Assembly: GCA_963764845.1 (NCBI GenBank) | Contig: CAVXUE010000006.1 | Span: forward strand, 1,199,955-1,263,954 | From: Terriglobia bacterium | Lineage (GTDB): Bacteria > Acidobacteriota > Terriglobia > Bryobacterales > Bryobacteraceae | Length of the DNA stretch: 64,000 bases | Direction: 5' to 3' | Part shown: one piece after another, positions 1-10,637 of the stretch | Layout: the number at the start of each line of letters is the position of its first letter | Numbering within the stretch: the stretch's first letter is position 1 | Made by a program: the position numbers and the translations under genes | Notes under the pieces: model-generated | The model's database searches: none | The model's input: the letters and a program-made list of their open reading frames with translations, nothing else | Told to the model about the DNA's origin: nothing

Positions 1-260
1 CGGTACAATCCCGACGACGCGATGCTTCCCTGAACAGCGGCTTTGGCTGGGTAATTCCGGGACGCCGTGGTGCCCGCGATGTATATGTTGCCCTGTGCAT
101 CGGTCCCGAGTCCGGCGAGCGAATCGGTTCCGGAAGCGTCCACCTCCTTTACCCACTGGAAAGTTGGCAGGTTCTGCGAAAAGACGAGCGAACCGAACGC
201 GCACGCGACGAGGAGCAGGCGGGTAGTCACGTGGCTACCCGGAAGCAGTCTTGACACCAT
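1..260 (-). CDS. SBBP/beta-propeller repeat secreted protein, 5' part only (gene runs off window start)
   Basis: Minus-strand ATG at 258-260, then signal-peptide-like MVSRLLPGSHVTTRLLLVACAFGSLVFS and QNLPTFQWVKEVDASGTDSLAGLGTDAQGNIYIAG. Paralogous to the 5' end of the next gene. Confidence 0.6.
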   Translation of the reverse strand, partial: MVSRLLPGSHVTTRLLLVACAFGSLVFSQNLPTFQWVKEVDASGTDSLAGLGTDAQGNIYIAGTTASRNYPAKAAVQGSIASSGLY

Positions 261-317
261 CTTTAACTCTTTTGTTTTCCCGTTCTTGGGGGCCTTCCTG
301 TGGCCTCCTGACACAGT
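87..317. repeat. Copy A of a 231-bp duplicated segment (5' coding end plus leader of an SBBP paralog)
   Basis: Aligns without gaps by eye to 2271-2501 at roughly 80% identity. Shared strings include ggcgagcgaatcggttccggaagc, gaaccgaacgcgcacgcgacgaggagcaggcgggtagtcacgtggct and cctgtggcctcctgacacagt. Confidence 0.85.
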
Positions 318-369
318 GAGGTGGCCAGATGCCTCGCGTTTGCGAACACGCTGAGGAGCGAACTCGGGA

Positions 370-2444
370 TCACTGCGCAATGGAAATCACGAGGCCATCC
401 TGGCTATCTACTCCATTCATCTGGAGGGCCACGGAGGACTGTGCGGGCAACGTGCTGTTCGCCGGATTCGGAACATGCACCGTAAGCCGATACACACTGC
501 CGGGAAGTCCGGAAACCGGCCCCATATACGCCGCCACGCCGTCGCAATAAACTCCGCCGATGAACAGATTGGAGGGAAACTGCGACACCGCGTACCCATC
601 TGTGAAAGAGACAGGGCCTACGCCAGTGGCGAAAACCGTAATCCTGTCACCGGGAGCGGCGGGGGTCGAAGGAGTGTTCGGCGTGCCATCTGAGTTCAAT
701 ATAAAGGCCTGGCCGTAACCGCCCAAGCTGAGGGAAAACAACCCTGGGGAAGAAGCAGCCGTCTGAATCACCACCTGGTTCGAAACCGCGCCACCCGATG
801 CAACCTGGGCCACCGCATAGGGGCCTGAAAGGCCAGGCGGAACCGTCGCCGTGATTGTGCCCGGGTTGACCTGGATCAACGGAGCCGTCATGCCGCCGAT
901 TACGAGCTGCGTGTCGCTCCCAAAGCCCGCGCCGTTGACGACGATCGTCTCGCCGGTTGAGATCGGCCCTTCAATCAGGCTCGCCGCGTTCCCGATCGAA
1001 TCGATTCGGAGCGCGGGAGGCGCAGTCAGCGTCAGGCTGTTCAGCCAGACATTCCCGGGCTGGGGAACGATGAGCGCATTCTGCACGTCCACGCCGCCGA
1101 TCACGATTGTGCCGTTGGCTCCAACGGTGACGCCTTGCACGCTGAAGTTCCTGTCGGCGCCGAAGGTGCTGGAAAACAGCAGCGCCGAAAGATCGCCCGA
1201 AAGCTCGCTCAGGAAGCCATCGCCGAACCCTATGAACATCGGAGTTCGGGTGGGAAGGCCCCCTGAGGTGCGCCCTCCGAGGTAAAGGTTGCCCGAGGCA
1301 TCGAGCGCAAGTGAACTGACGACGCTGGAACTGATTCCCGCGCCAAAAAAATACGTGCCCGCGAGAATGGTCTGAAGTTGAGCGTCCAGTCTTACGATCG
1401 CGTACAGGGCGCCACGCTGGTAGTTGAGGGTCGATCGGAATGCGCCCTGAGTGGCGTGAAACAGGTTATCCGGACCGCCGGCCAGGTACACGCTGCCATC
1501 CGGTGCGAGGGCCATCGCATCGATCAGGACCGGGGTTACGGACGTGGCGAGAAGCGTCGATCCGGCAGCGTCGAGCCGATAGATGTTGGCGCGGCTTGCG
1601 GCGTATGCGCTGCCGTCGGGGCCCACGGCGAGGGAACTGACGGCAAAGGAGGGGAGGTAAGTCGAATAAATCAGATTCGATGCATCAGTCTCGAATCTGG
1701 TGACAAATCCGACGCCAAACACGACAGGCCCGATCCCAATACCCGGTATCGGCCCCTCTCCCGTGCAGAGGCACGCGGTCTGATAAGCTCCCGGCGTCGT
1801 CGGTAGACCTAAGGACGCCTGCCCGGCGATGGTTGCCGAACCGTAGGCATCCACCGTGATCGCATTTGGCGCGGCTTCGGCTGGGATGCCGGGAAAAAAG
1901 AAGGTGAAATGGGTCGAATACCCCACCGACCCGTCGGGATTCAGCTTGAAAAGGAAACTCCCGTTCGGCCCCGGCTGATCGGGATTAATCCCGGATAGCG
2001 GGGGGGCTGCGCCGACGGAGGCGCGTAGGCTCCCTTGGTCGTGGGGAAATCGGCTGAGGTCGTGGTTCCCGTAACATATACATCCCCTGCCGCGTCCACG
2101 GTCATCGCAGTGGCGGCGTCTTGCCCGCTGCCGCCGAAGTAGGTCGAATACAGTACATTTCCGGAAGCATCGAGTTTTGTCACAAAACAATTGGCAGCGC
2201 CGGCGAGATGGCTCTGTACCGCGGACTGCACAGGGAACTTCGGCGAGCTCGTGCTCCCCGCCACATAAACGTTGCCCTGCGCGTCCGTCCCAACGCCGGC
2301 GAGCGAATCGGTTCCGGAAGCATCCACCTCCTGTGCCCACTGGAAAGTCGGCAAGTTCCGGGAAAAGGCGAGCGAACCGAACGCGCACGCGACGAGGAGC
2401 AGGCGGGTAGTCACGTGGCTAATCGGAAGCAATCCTGACACCAT
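370..2444 (-). CDS. SBBP beta-propeller repeat surface protein with IPT/TIG-like segment and Solibacter-type C-terminal domain (interrupted)
   Basis: ORFs 1941-2513 and 370-2388 join near 2000. Signal peptide MVSGLLPISHVTTRLLLVACAFGSLAFS, repeated GNVYVAG / SGNLYLGG motifs, and a C-terminal SSPGLF..GQA..NSDGTPN..FATGVG..YMGPVSGLPGSVYRLTVHVP block resembling TIGR03437 (from memory). Needs at least 1 frame correction. Confidence 0.75.
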
Positions 2445-2501
2445 CTTTAGCTCTTTTGATTCCCGTCCCTGGGGGGTCTTCCTGTGGCCTCCTGACACAG
2501 T
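2271..2501. repeat. Copy B of the 231-bp duplicated segment
   Basis: See 87-317. Covers the first ~58 codons and ~57 bp of leader of gene 370-2444. Confidence 0.85.
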
Positions 2502-2900
2502 CAGGACGGCCATAGGCCTCGCACGTGTGCTCGTAGCAGACTCCCGAGGCCTGCGTTCGCATCAGGACTTCGCGCGGCTGGATCGGGAGGTGCGCGAGTT
2601 TGTGCCGAGGCCGTGGTTCCATCGCGAGCAAGCGCACGGAATCTTCGTTGCCTGCTCCGCGATCCCCTGCTCAGTTTCAGGGAAGCTTGCGGAGCCAGCG
2701 CAATCCCCGCCAATGCGTTGCGCGGCGAGATTTGCATTCGTCGCGAGGACAGGTTACACCGAGGCCTTTGTAAAGCCTTGTGAACATCGCGCCGGGCCGG
2801 TAACCGCGCGGCGGACGCGGTCGTTTCCTATGCAGAAGGCAACGCGATGCCGAACACCGGCGCGACGCGAGGCCAATAAAAAGACAGGACGGATAAAGAG

Positions 2901-3254
2901 ATGAAGAACGCATTCTTGCGTGTTGGACAGACGTGTGCCCTGGGTGTTCTGATGGCTGGCGCGATGCTCGCGGGATCGATTCATCCGGTGACGTTGACGC
3001 TGCCTTACGCGGTTACGGTTGGCTCGACCACGCTGCCCAGCGGCCAATACACCCTTTCCAGCATTGACCTGAGCGACGGCAACGAGTACTTCATGGTGCG
3101 GTCCGGGAATGGCGCGGTGTTCACACTCCCCGTTGTGCGGATCGATTCCAATGAGGCGGAAGGAAAGACCCAAGTCAAGTTCCAGAAGGAAGGCAACTCC
3201 TGGCACTTCGACAAGATCTTCGTTGCCGACAACGGCTATCAGTTCATCGAATAG
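2901..3254 (+). CDS. Small secreted hypothetical protein (117 aa)
   Basis: Intact ORF. aaagag RBS-like sequence before the ATG. N-terminal hydrophobic signal LGVLMAGAMLAGS. No recognisable family. Confidence 0.6.
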   Translation: MKNAFLRVGQTCALGVLMAGAMLAGSIHPVTLTLPYAVTVGSTTLPSGQYTLSSIDLSDGNEYFMVRSGNGAVFTLPVVRIDSNEAEGKTQVKFQKEGNSWHFDKIFVADNGYQFIE

Positions 3255-3313
3255 AAGCAGGAACGGCCGCGACTGCGGGTCGCGTTCTCGAAAGTGGTAA
3301 ACTCGGCACCGGG

Positions 3314-4141
3314 ATGCTGCTGAAAGCTCACCTCGGTGCCTGTTTGTTTTTTGGCCTTGCGTACGTGGTTCCGGCTCATGCGCAGGTGGATCTGGCAGGC
3401 GTCTGGGCCGACCGGATCACGGAAGACTCCTACGAGCGGTCCGGCGGTCCTCCGTTGGGCGATTACCAGGGGATTCCGCTCAACGACGCCGGCCGCATGA
3501 AGGCCGACAGCCACGACCATTCCGAATGGAGCCTGCCCGAATTCCAGTGCCGGCCGCATCCCGGCCCTTACCAATGGCGCGCGCTGGGCGCCGTGCGAAT
3601 CACGGAAGAAGTACGATCCGGTTTCGCGCGAGCTGACTGCGTTTCATTTCGAGTATCTGCGGTCGCATGGAGCGGCCCGTTTTCATGGATGGCCGGCCGC
3701 ATCCGCCGGAGTATGCTCCGCACACCTGGTCGGGTTTCTCGACCGGCAAGTGGCAGGGCAACATGCTGGTGATCACAACCACCCACCTGAAGGGCGCTTA
3801 TCTGCGGCGCAACGGGGCGTCCTTCAGCGATAAGGCCACGATGATGGAATACATCACGCGGCACGGCGATTACCTGCTGGTCACCATGATCGTCACCGAT
3901 CCGGTGTGGCTGGAAGAGCCGTTCATCCAGACGACGAACTATGAGCTGGATCCGCACACGCAGCTCTCTTACTATCCGTGCACTGTCAGCGAAGAGAATA
4001 TTTCGACCGCGGTTCCGCATTTTCTGCCGGGTCAGAATCCGAATCTGGGCGCGGATGATATTCCGGCGGTCGGCGGCGCGCGGCGGCGCCGAGTCGACTT
4101 ATCCCGAGTTTCGTGCGAAGTTGAAGTCCGGCCAGGCGTAA
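3314..4141 (+). CDS. Secreted protein, unnamed family (paralog 1 of 3), interrupted
   Basis: Signal peptide MLLKAHLGACLFFGLAYVVPAHA. Blocks DLAGVWADRITED, GIPLNDAGRMKADS and FMDGRPHPPEYAPHTWSGFSTGKWQGNMLVITT are shared with 5675-6403 and 8001-8762. Three frames are used between 3600 and 3670 and there is another shift near 4060. Confidence 0.65.
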
Positions 4142-4213
4142 GGAGCCGCGCTCGACGCCTGGAATTGCGGCTAAGCTTGCGCCCGCGCCGTCGAACCTGA
4201 ACGCCGGCGCGCG

Positions 4214-5223
4214 ATGAGATCCAGGTGCTGCCGGTGCAGGGAAACGTCTACATGCTGGTTGGCGACGGGGGAAACATCGCCGCGTCGATCGGGCGCGGAC
4301 GGGATTCTGCTGGTGGATACCGGTGTTGCGCAGATGAGCACCAAAGTGATGTCGAAGGTGCTGCAAATGGCGACGGCGATCACGTCGTCGCCGAGCCCAA
4401 CCGGTGCGTGGGCCTGCATTGCGCGCGGAACGCCTGGCGGATGGTCGAGCCCGTCGCTGAACGCGATCATCAGTTCGCCCGCGCCGCCCAAACCGGTGCG
4501 CTTCATCATCAATACGAGCGTCGATCCGGATCATACCGGCGGGAATGAGAGGCTGGCCGAACTTCCGGCGGATTCGAAGATCGTCGGCGTGACGTTTCCT
4601 CCGGTGGGCGTCGCGCCCGGCGCTACGGTGATCGCGCATGAGAACGTGCTGAAGCGGATGAGCGAGCCCGGTCCAGGCGAGAAAGCCGCGCCATCCGGCG
4701 CGCTGGCCGACCGAAACTTACCACGCCGCGCACTTACAAGCTCAGCGAGTTTTTCAATGGCGAAGGGCGTGCAGATTATTTCACCAGCCGGCCGCGCACA
4801 CCGACGGCGACAGCATGGTGTTCTTCCGCTACTCGGATGTGATCGCGGCGGGCGACATTCTGAGCACCGAGAGCTATCCGGTGATCGATGTGGCCAAGGG
4901 CGGCACCATCAAGGAGTGCTCGACGGATTGAACCATATTCTGGATATCGCGATTCCGGAGTTCCGCTCGCAGGGCGGCACGATGGTGATTCCCGGCCACG
5001 GACGGCTGTGCGATACCGGCGACGTGGCCAATTACCGCAACATGGTCGCGATCATGCGGGACCGGATTCAGGATCTGATGAACAAGGGAATGACGCTGGA
5101 GCAGGTGAAGGCGGCGAAACCGACCATGGATTATGACGGCTTGTATGGTCGACTACCGGCCCGTGGACCACGTCGATGTTCATCGAGGCGGTATACAAGA
5201 AGCTTGAAGCAGTAAGAAAGTAA
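4214..5223 (+). CDS. MBL-fold metallo-hydrolase (interrupted, start uncertain)
   Basis: VQGNVYMLVGDGGNI, GILLVDTG, INTSVDPDHTGGN and TMVIPGHG blocks. The metal motif reads SVDPDH rather than canonical HxHxDH. At least 4 frame changes. C-terminus STTGPWTTSMFIEAVYKKLEAVRK ends at TAA 5221-5223. Confidence 0.7.
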
Positions 5224-5238
5224 TGAGGAGAGCAATTG

Positions 5239-5641
5239 ATGACCCGGCAAATCGCTGTTGATCGTCTTTGCGCGGAGGGCGTTGCTGTTTGGCGCGACGG
5301 CGTATGCTCACCATTCTCTCGCCGCGACTTATTACCCCGAAAAAGAGGTCAAGCTGGAAGGGAAGATCATCGATTTTCTGTTTCGCAACCCGCATTCGTT
5401 CCTGCAGATCGAGGCGAAGGACGAACAGGGCGTGATGCAGCGCTGGTCGCTGGAGTGGCGCTCCTCGGGGCAGCTCGGCCAGCAGGGCATCAAGCGGGAC
5501 ACGCTTAAGGTGGGCGATGAGGTGGTGGTGACGATCAATCCGTCGCGCACGGCGGCGGATCATCGAGGCGCGCTGAAGACCCTGCACCGGAAGTCGGACG
5601 GATTCGGATGGGGCAACAATCCCGGTGACACGAGTGAATAG
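5239..5641 (+). CDS. Small secreted protein, DUF6152-like (weak assignment)
   Basis: gaggag RBS before ATG 5239. Signal peptide ..RRALLFGATAYA then HHSLAATYYPEKEVKLEGKIIDFLFRNPHSFL. One frame change near 5258. Family name is recalled from memory only. Confidence 0.5.
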
Positions 5642-5674
5642 ATTCGCCGCGGCATTTGTTCGCCGCGACATGCT

Positions 5675-6403
5675 TTGTTGGCAGCACAGGTTCCTTTTAA
5701 TCCCTCGGCTGCGCCGGCGGCAGCGGGGCGGGGCCGCGGCCGCGGACCGGCGGCGACGCCGACGCCAGGCTGCTCCCATCGACATGACCGGCTATTGGGT
5801 TTCGGTGGTGACCGAAGACTGGAAGTTCCGCATGGTCACTCCGCCGAAAGGAAATTACGCCGGCGTGCCGTTGAATGCGGCGGGGCGTAAGGTCGCCGAT
5901 AGCGTGGGATCCGGCGAAGGATGAAGCGAGTGGGAACGCTTGCCGCGCTTATGGCGCGGCGGGTTTGATGCGCGTGCCGGGACGGCTGCACATCACCTGG
6001 GACAACGACACAACCCTGCGCATCGATACCGATGCGGGAACGCAGACCCGGCTGTTCCATTTCGGCGGCGAGCCGGATGCGGTGCCGTCGTTGCAGGGGT
6101 ATTCGCTGGCGGAGTGGGAGATTGCGACGACGGGCCGGGGTCAGCCGCGCGCCGGGAATCTGAAAGTCGTCACGACTCATTTGCTGCCCGGATATTTGCG
6201 CAAGAACGGCGTTCCTTACAGCGCGAACACGGTGCTGACGGAATACTATGACCGGATCGACGATCCCAAGCGGTGAGTGGCTGGTGGTTTCCACCGAGGT
6301 TAGGGATCCTGAGTATCTGAGTTCGCCCTTTATCACGAGCACTCACTTCAAGAAGCAGGCGGATGCCAAGGGGTGGAGTCCGGAACCCTGTTCGGCTAAG
6401 TAG
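5675..6403 (+). CDS. Secreted protein, unnamed family (paralog 2 of 3), interrupted
   Basis: DMTGYWVSVVTEDW, GNYAGVPLNAAGRKVADS and LKVVTTHLLPGYLRKNGVPYSANTVLTEYY align to paralog 1. Ends ..HFKKQADAKGWSPEPCSAK at TAG 6401-6403. At least 3 frame changes. N-terminus unresolved. Confidence 0.6.
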
Positions 6404-6492
6404 GTATTCGTGCACGCCAAAAGGGCCTCGCTTATCAATTGCGAAGGTGAGCGCTCCGGCGCTGGAACGGCGAAGTCGCGAACGGCGCGCTT

Positions 6493-6762
6493 ATGCTTGC
6501 GGCGAGCTTGATCCCAATGAGATTCCGATTTCTCATTCACGAACTGAATCACACTGTTTTGTTGGTGGATATTACCGAAACCGGGTTGCCGACAGAAATT
6601 TTCCCCGTTGAGGGCAAGTCAGAGTCCCTCCCTTCTCTCCGATTTCAGAGTTGGCGTGCCGCTGAGCAGCATCTTCTTGGGCTGGGCGCCGGCCAAAAGG
6701 CTTTAGAGGCCACTAAGACTGGGTTAAAGAAGATCGGTGTCGGCGTATTGACAATCGCCTGA
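6493..6762 (+). CDS. Small hypothetical protein in a lower-GC islet
   Basis: ORF only. An internal ATG gives an 81-aa product MRFRFLIHELNHTVLLVDITETG... No recognised motif. Confidence 0.3.
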   Translation: MLAASLIPMRFRFLIHELNHTVLLVDITETGLPTEIFPVEGKSESLPSLRFQSWRAAEQHLLGLGAGQKALEATKTGLKKIGVGVLTIA

Positions 6763-6840
6763 TGCTTCTTGAGAGGCTCGCGAGGCTGGACAGCCGAATT
6801 CATTTACACCTCTGGACGTGGTGATTATATACTTGACGGC

Positions 6841-7996
6841 ATGAAACATCCGGTATTGTTCCTGTCGCTGGTTTCCATAGCGTTTGTCGCGGGGGCTTCG
6901 CTCGCCACCAACGCGAAAGCGCAGCCGCAGGGTAAAGCCAAAGCGAGGCCGACGCAGGTCAAGGTTGTCACGATGGCCAGCGGGCTGGCGCATCCCTGGA
7001 GCGTGGCGTTTTTACCCGGCGGGGACATGCTGGTGACGGAGCGCAAGGGCCAGTTGCGGCTGATGCATGACGGCGTTCTCGATCCCGAACCCATCGCGGG
7101 TGTGCCGGCAGTTCACGCGGTCCGGTTGTCGGGGCTGATGGAGGTGCTTCCTCATCCCAAGTTCGCCGAGAATCATCTGATCTACCTCACTTACACCAAG
7201 GACATCACGGATAAGCTGGTCGCGACCACGCTGGCGCGCGGACGGCTCGACGGGCACAAGCTTGTCGACGTGAAAGATCTGCTGGTGTGCGATACGTGGG
7301 CGGGTGACGGCGGGTCCGGTTCGCGGCTCGCGTGGGGCGCCGGACGGCATGCTCTACATGACCACGGGCGCCTCGAACGGCAATGCGGCTCAGGAACTCA
7401 CCAGTCTGCGCGGGAAGATCCTGCGGCTGCGCGAGGATGGGACGGCGGCTCCAGGAAATCCGTTTGCGGGCAAGCCTGGCGCGAAGGCGGAGATTTTCTC
7501 GATGGGGCATCGCAATTCGCTTGGCCTCGCGTTCAATCCGGTTACCGGAGACCTTTGGAATAACGAGAACGGCCCTTATGGCGGAGATGAGATTAACATC
7601 ATCAAGGCCGGCGGTAACTACGGCTGGCCCAAGGTAAGTTTCGGACGCGATTATTCCGGGCCCAAAATAGAAAGCTTCGGTGAGGGGATGATCGGACCGA
7701 TTGTCTTCTGGGCTCCATCGATTGCCCCTTCCGGGATGGCTTTTTATACCGGTAACCGTTTTCCGGAATGGAAAAACAATGTGCTGGTCGGCGCGATGCT
7801 GGGCGGCGCAGTGCAGGGCGTTGGCCACCTCGAGCGAATCGTTTTCAACGAGAACTGGGATGAGACCAGCAGGCAATCCTTACTTACAGATCTTAAGTAC
7901 CGCATTCGCGATGTACGGCAGGGGCCTGACGGTCTGGTGTACGTTTTGACGGACGAAGACAACGGGATGCTGATGCGTCTGGAACCGGCGCAATAG
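6841..7996 (+). CDS. Soluble PQQ-dependent sugar (glucose/sorbosone) dehydrogenase family
   Basis: Signal peptide, then GLAHPWSVAFLPGGDMLVTERKGQLRL, MGHRNSLGLAFNPVTGDLWNNENGP.GGDEIN and GGNYGWP. One frame change near 7300. Confidence 0.8.
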
Positions 7997-8000
7997 GAAT

Positions 8001-8762
8001 ATGATTCGCGGTTTCTGGATCCTGTTCGCCGCCGCTACGATCCTGAGTGCGCAAGGGAAAGATGGCGGCCCGGAGGTTGCGAAAGGTTTGCCCGCGCCGC
8101 GCACGGCCGAAGGACATATCGATTTTTCCGGTGTCTATCACGCGCCGGGCTACGGGCCAAGCGATCCGCCGATCAGGAACGGCGAAACGATTGCCCGCAA
8201 CATTGCGCGCGATCTCAAGCCGTCCGACGTGCCGATGCTGCCTTCGGCTATCGAACTGATGCGCGAGCGGAACGCGACGAACAGTAAGGATGATCCTGAG
8301 GGGTTATGCCTTCCGATGGGAACTCCTCGCAAGGATCCGTATCCCTGGAAGATCGTGCAGACACCCCAGTTGTTTCTCATCCTATATGAGGGTAATGTAC
8401 ATAGCTATCGACAGGTGTTCATCGATGGCCGGCCGCATGATCCGAACGTCGAAGAGACCTGGTGGGGCGATTCGACAGGCCGCTGGGACGGTGACGCGCT
8501 GGTGGTGGATACCGTCGGACTGAACGATAAAGCATGGCTCGACCTCGTCGGGCATCCCAGAACCAACAAGGCTCATATCATCGAGCGGTTCACGCGGCCT
8601 GAGTTGGGCCGGGTGAATATCGAAATCACAATCGATGACCCGGGTGCTTACTCGAAGCCGTGGAAAGTCTTCGAATCGGCTCAGCTTGCTCCCGCGTGGG
8701 AGATTGCGGAGTATATCTGCAACGAAAATAATCGTGACGCCCAACACCTCGTGGGCAAGTAG
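8001..8762 (+). CDS. Secreted protein, unnamed family (paralog 3 of 3), intact
   Basis: Signal peptide MIRGFWILFAAATILSA. FIDGRPHDPNVEETWWGDSTGRWDGDALVVDT matches the DGRPHP..W.G.S.G.W.G..LV..T block of the other two paralogs. Confidence 0.7.
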   Translation: MIRGFWILFAAATILSAQGKDGGPEVAKGLPAPRTAEGHIDFSGVYHAPGYGPSDPPIRNGETIARNIARDLKPSDVPMLPSAIELMRERNATNSKDDPEGLCLPMGTPRKDPYPWKIVQTPQLFLILYEGNVHSYRQVFIDGRPHDPNVEETWWGDSTGRWDGDALVVDTVGLNDKAWLDLVGHPRTNKAHIIERFTRPELGRVNIEITIDDPGAYSKPWKVFESAQLAPAWEIAEYICNENNRDAQHLVGK

Positions 8763-8763
8763 G

Positions 8764-10598
8764 CTACTGACCAAGTGGGGCCGTGCCGTCGAGCACGAAC
8801 GTCAGCAACTTAGGCAGCGCCGGATTCGCCGCCGGGCCGAAGTTCGTTCCTATCGCAGGCTTGAAAGTTCCTGTACCACCCATCAGAGATCACATACTGC
8901 TTACCGTCGATCATGTAAGTGATCGGTGGGCCCATGCCGCCGCGGAGCCCGGTCTTGACATCCAGCAATTTCTCTCCGGTATCGGCACGATAAGCCACCA
9001 GACGCCCGTCCGGAATCACCTGGAAAACCAGATTCCCGGCGGTTGTGACCGTACCGCCGCCTATACCGCCGCCGCCAATCGTATGCCAGCGTTCCTTCTG
9101 CTTTACCGGATCCCATGCGAGCAGGATGCCTCTCTGGGCGGGTGGAGGCGGCGGCGGGGCCGATCTCAGGCGGAGAAGGCCGTTTCGCCGTGGCGGGGCT
9201 CGCCGCAGCGACGCCAGCCGTATCCGCGGTTGCGGGCTGAGTGCCCGGTCGAACGATGCCAAGGTTCTTTTCGGCCGGTTTATAAACGAAGCCCGGGTCG
9301 AGCGTGTAATCGAAAGTGCTGCCCGCCGAAGTCGGAATGTAAACCAGGCCCGTAGCAGGGTTGAAGGACATCGGCGACCAGTTATGAGCGCCGCCGGTTC
9401 CCGGAGCGAGAGTAATGGTGCTGGAGCCGTAGTGAGCATCGGGATTGACGATCGGGCGCCCTGTCAACTCATCCAGCCCTTTCGCCCAGGTAACAGTGGT
9501 AAAAGGCTGACCGGAGATAAACTGACCGGTAACGCGGTCAAGAACGTAATAGAATCCATCCTTGTTCGCCTGCATGATGACTTTGCGCGGACGGCCTTTG
9601 ATCGTCAGATCGGCGAGCAGTAATTGCTGGACGCTGTCATAGTCCCAGGAGTCGCCGGGGACGGGCTGGTAATACCATTTCAACTCGCCGGTATCCGGCT
9701 TTACGGCAAGAATCGAAGCGACGAACAGGTTGTCCTTGCCTTTCGACTGGCGTAAAGCTTCCGGCCACGGCCCGCCATTACCTGTCCCGACATAGAGCAA
9801 GTCCGCTTCAGGATCGTAAGCCATGCCATCCCAGACGCTGGCGCCGCCGCCGAACTTCCACCACTCGCCGGCCCAGGTCGTCGCCGCTTTCTCCAAGGCC
9901 GGATTCTCGAAGGGCTTCGAGGGGTCGCCTGGCACGGTATAGAACTTCCACTCGAAATGGCCGGTATTGGCATCGAAGGCCGAAAAGAAACCGCGCACCG
10001 GATACTCACCGCCAGCCACGCCCACAATCACCTTTCCCTTTGCGATGCGCGGGGCCATCGTAATGGTGTAGTTGTCCTGGGGATACGCGACCCGCGACTC
10101 CCAGACCACCTTCCCCGTTGCGGCATCGAGAGCCTCCAGCCTGCCATCGATGATCGGGGCGATGATCATGTTCTGGTAAATGGCGAGCCCGCGATTCACC
10201 ACGCCGCAACAGATCTTGGGAAACACCGCGGTCTGATTCACTTCCGGATCCCAGCGCCACCGCTCCTTCCCCGTGCGCGCATCCACCGCGAAAACAACGC
10301 TCCAGTTGGTGATTCCGTAAATCGTGCCGTCGAAAACCAGGGGCGTCGCTTCCTGATTGCCGCCGCCCGGCCCCACATCGTAGGACCAGGCCAATCCCAG
10401 GCGGCCCACATTGGTGGCGTCGATCTGGTTCAGCGGACTATAACGCGTCTCGCCCGGAGTCAGACCGTAGGTCAACCACTCGTCTCCCGCTTTGCCGGCG
10501 TTTTTCAGCACTGCCTCGTTGACCCGGTGCGTCTCACCCTGTTGAGCCGAAGCCGTCAGGATTGTCAGAAGAAACGCGATGAGCGGAATCGTTTTCAT
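8764..10598 (-). CDS. PQQ-dependent alcohol dehydrogenase (methanol/ethanol family), interrupted near the C-terminus
   Basis: Signal peptide [18 protein letters not shown], vicinal Cys ICCGVVNRG, active-site block GDSWDYDS, propeller W-motifs. The last third needs at least 3 frame corrections. True end ..[13 protein letters not shown] with stop at 8764-8766. Confidence 0.85.
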
Positions 10599-10637
10599 CG
10601 GCATACCATGAAGAGTATACGCCTGCTTCAACACATC

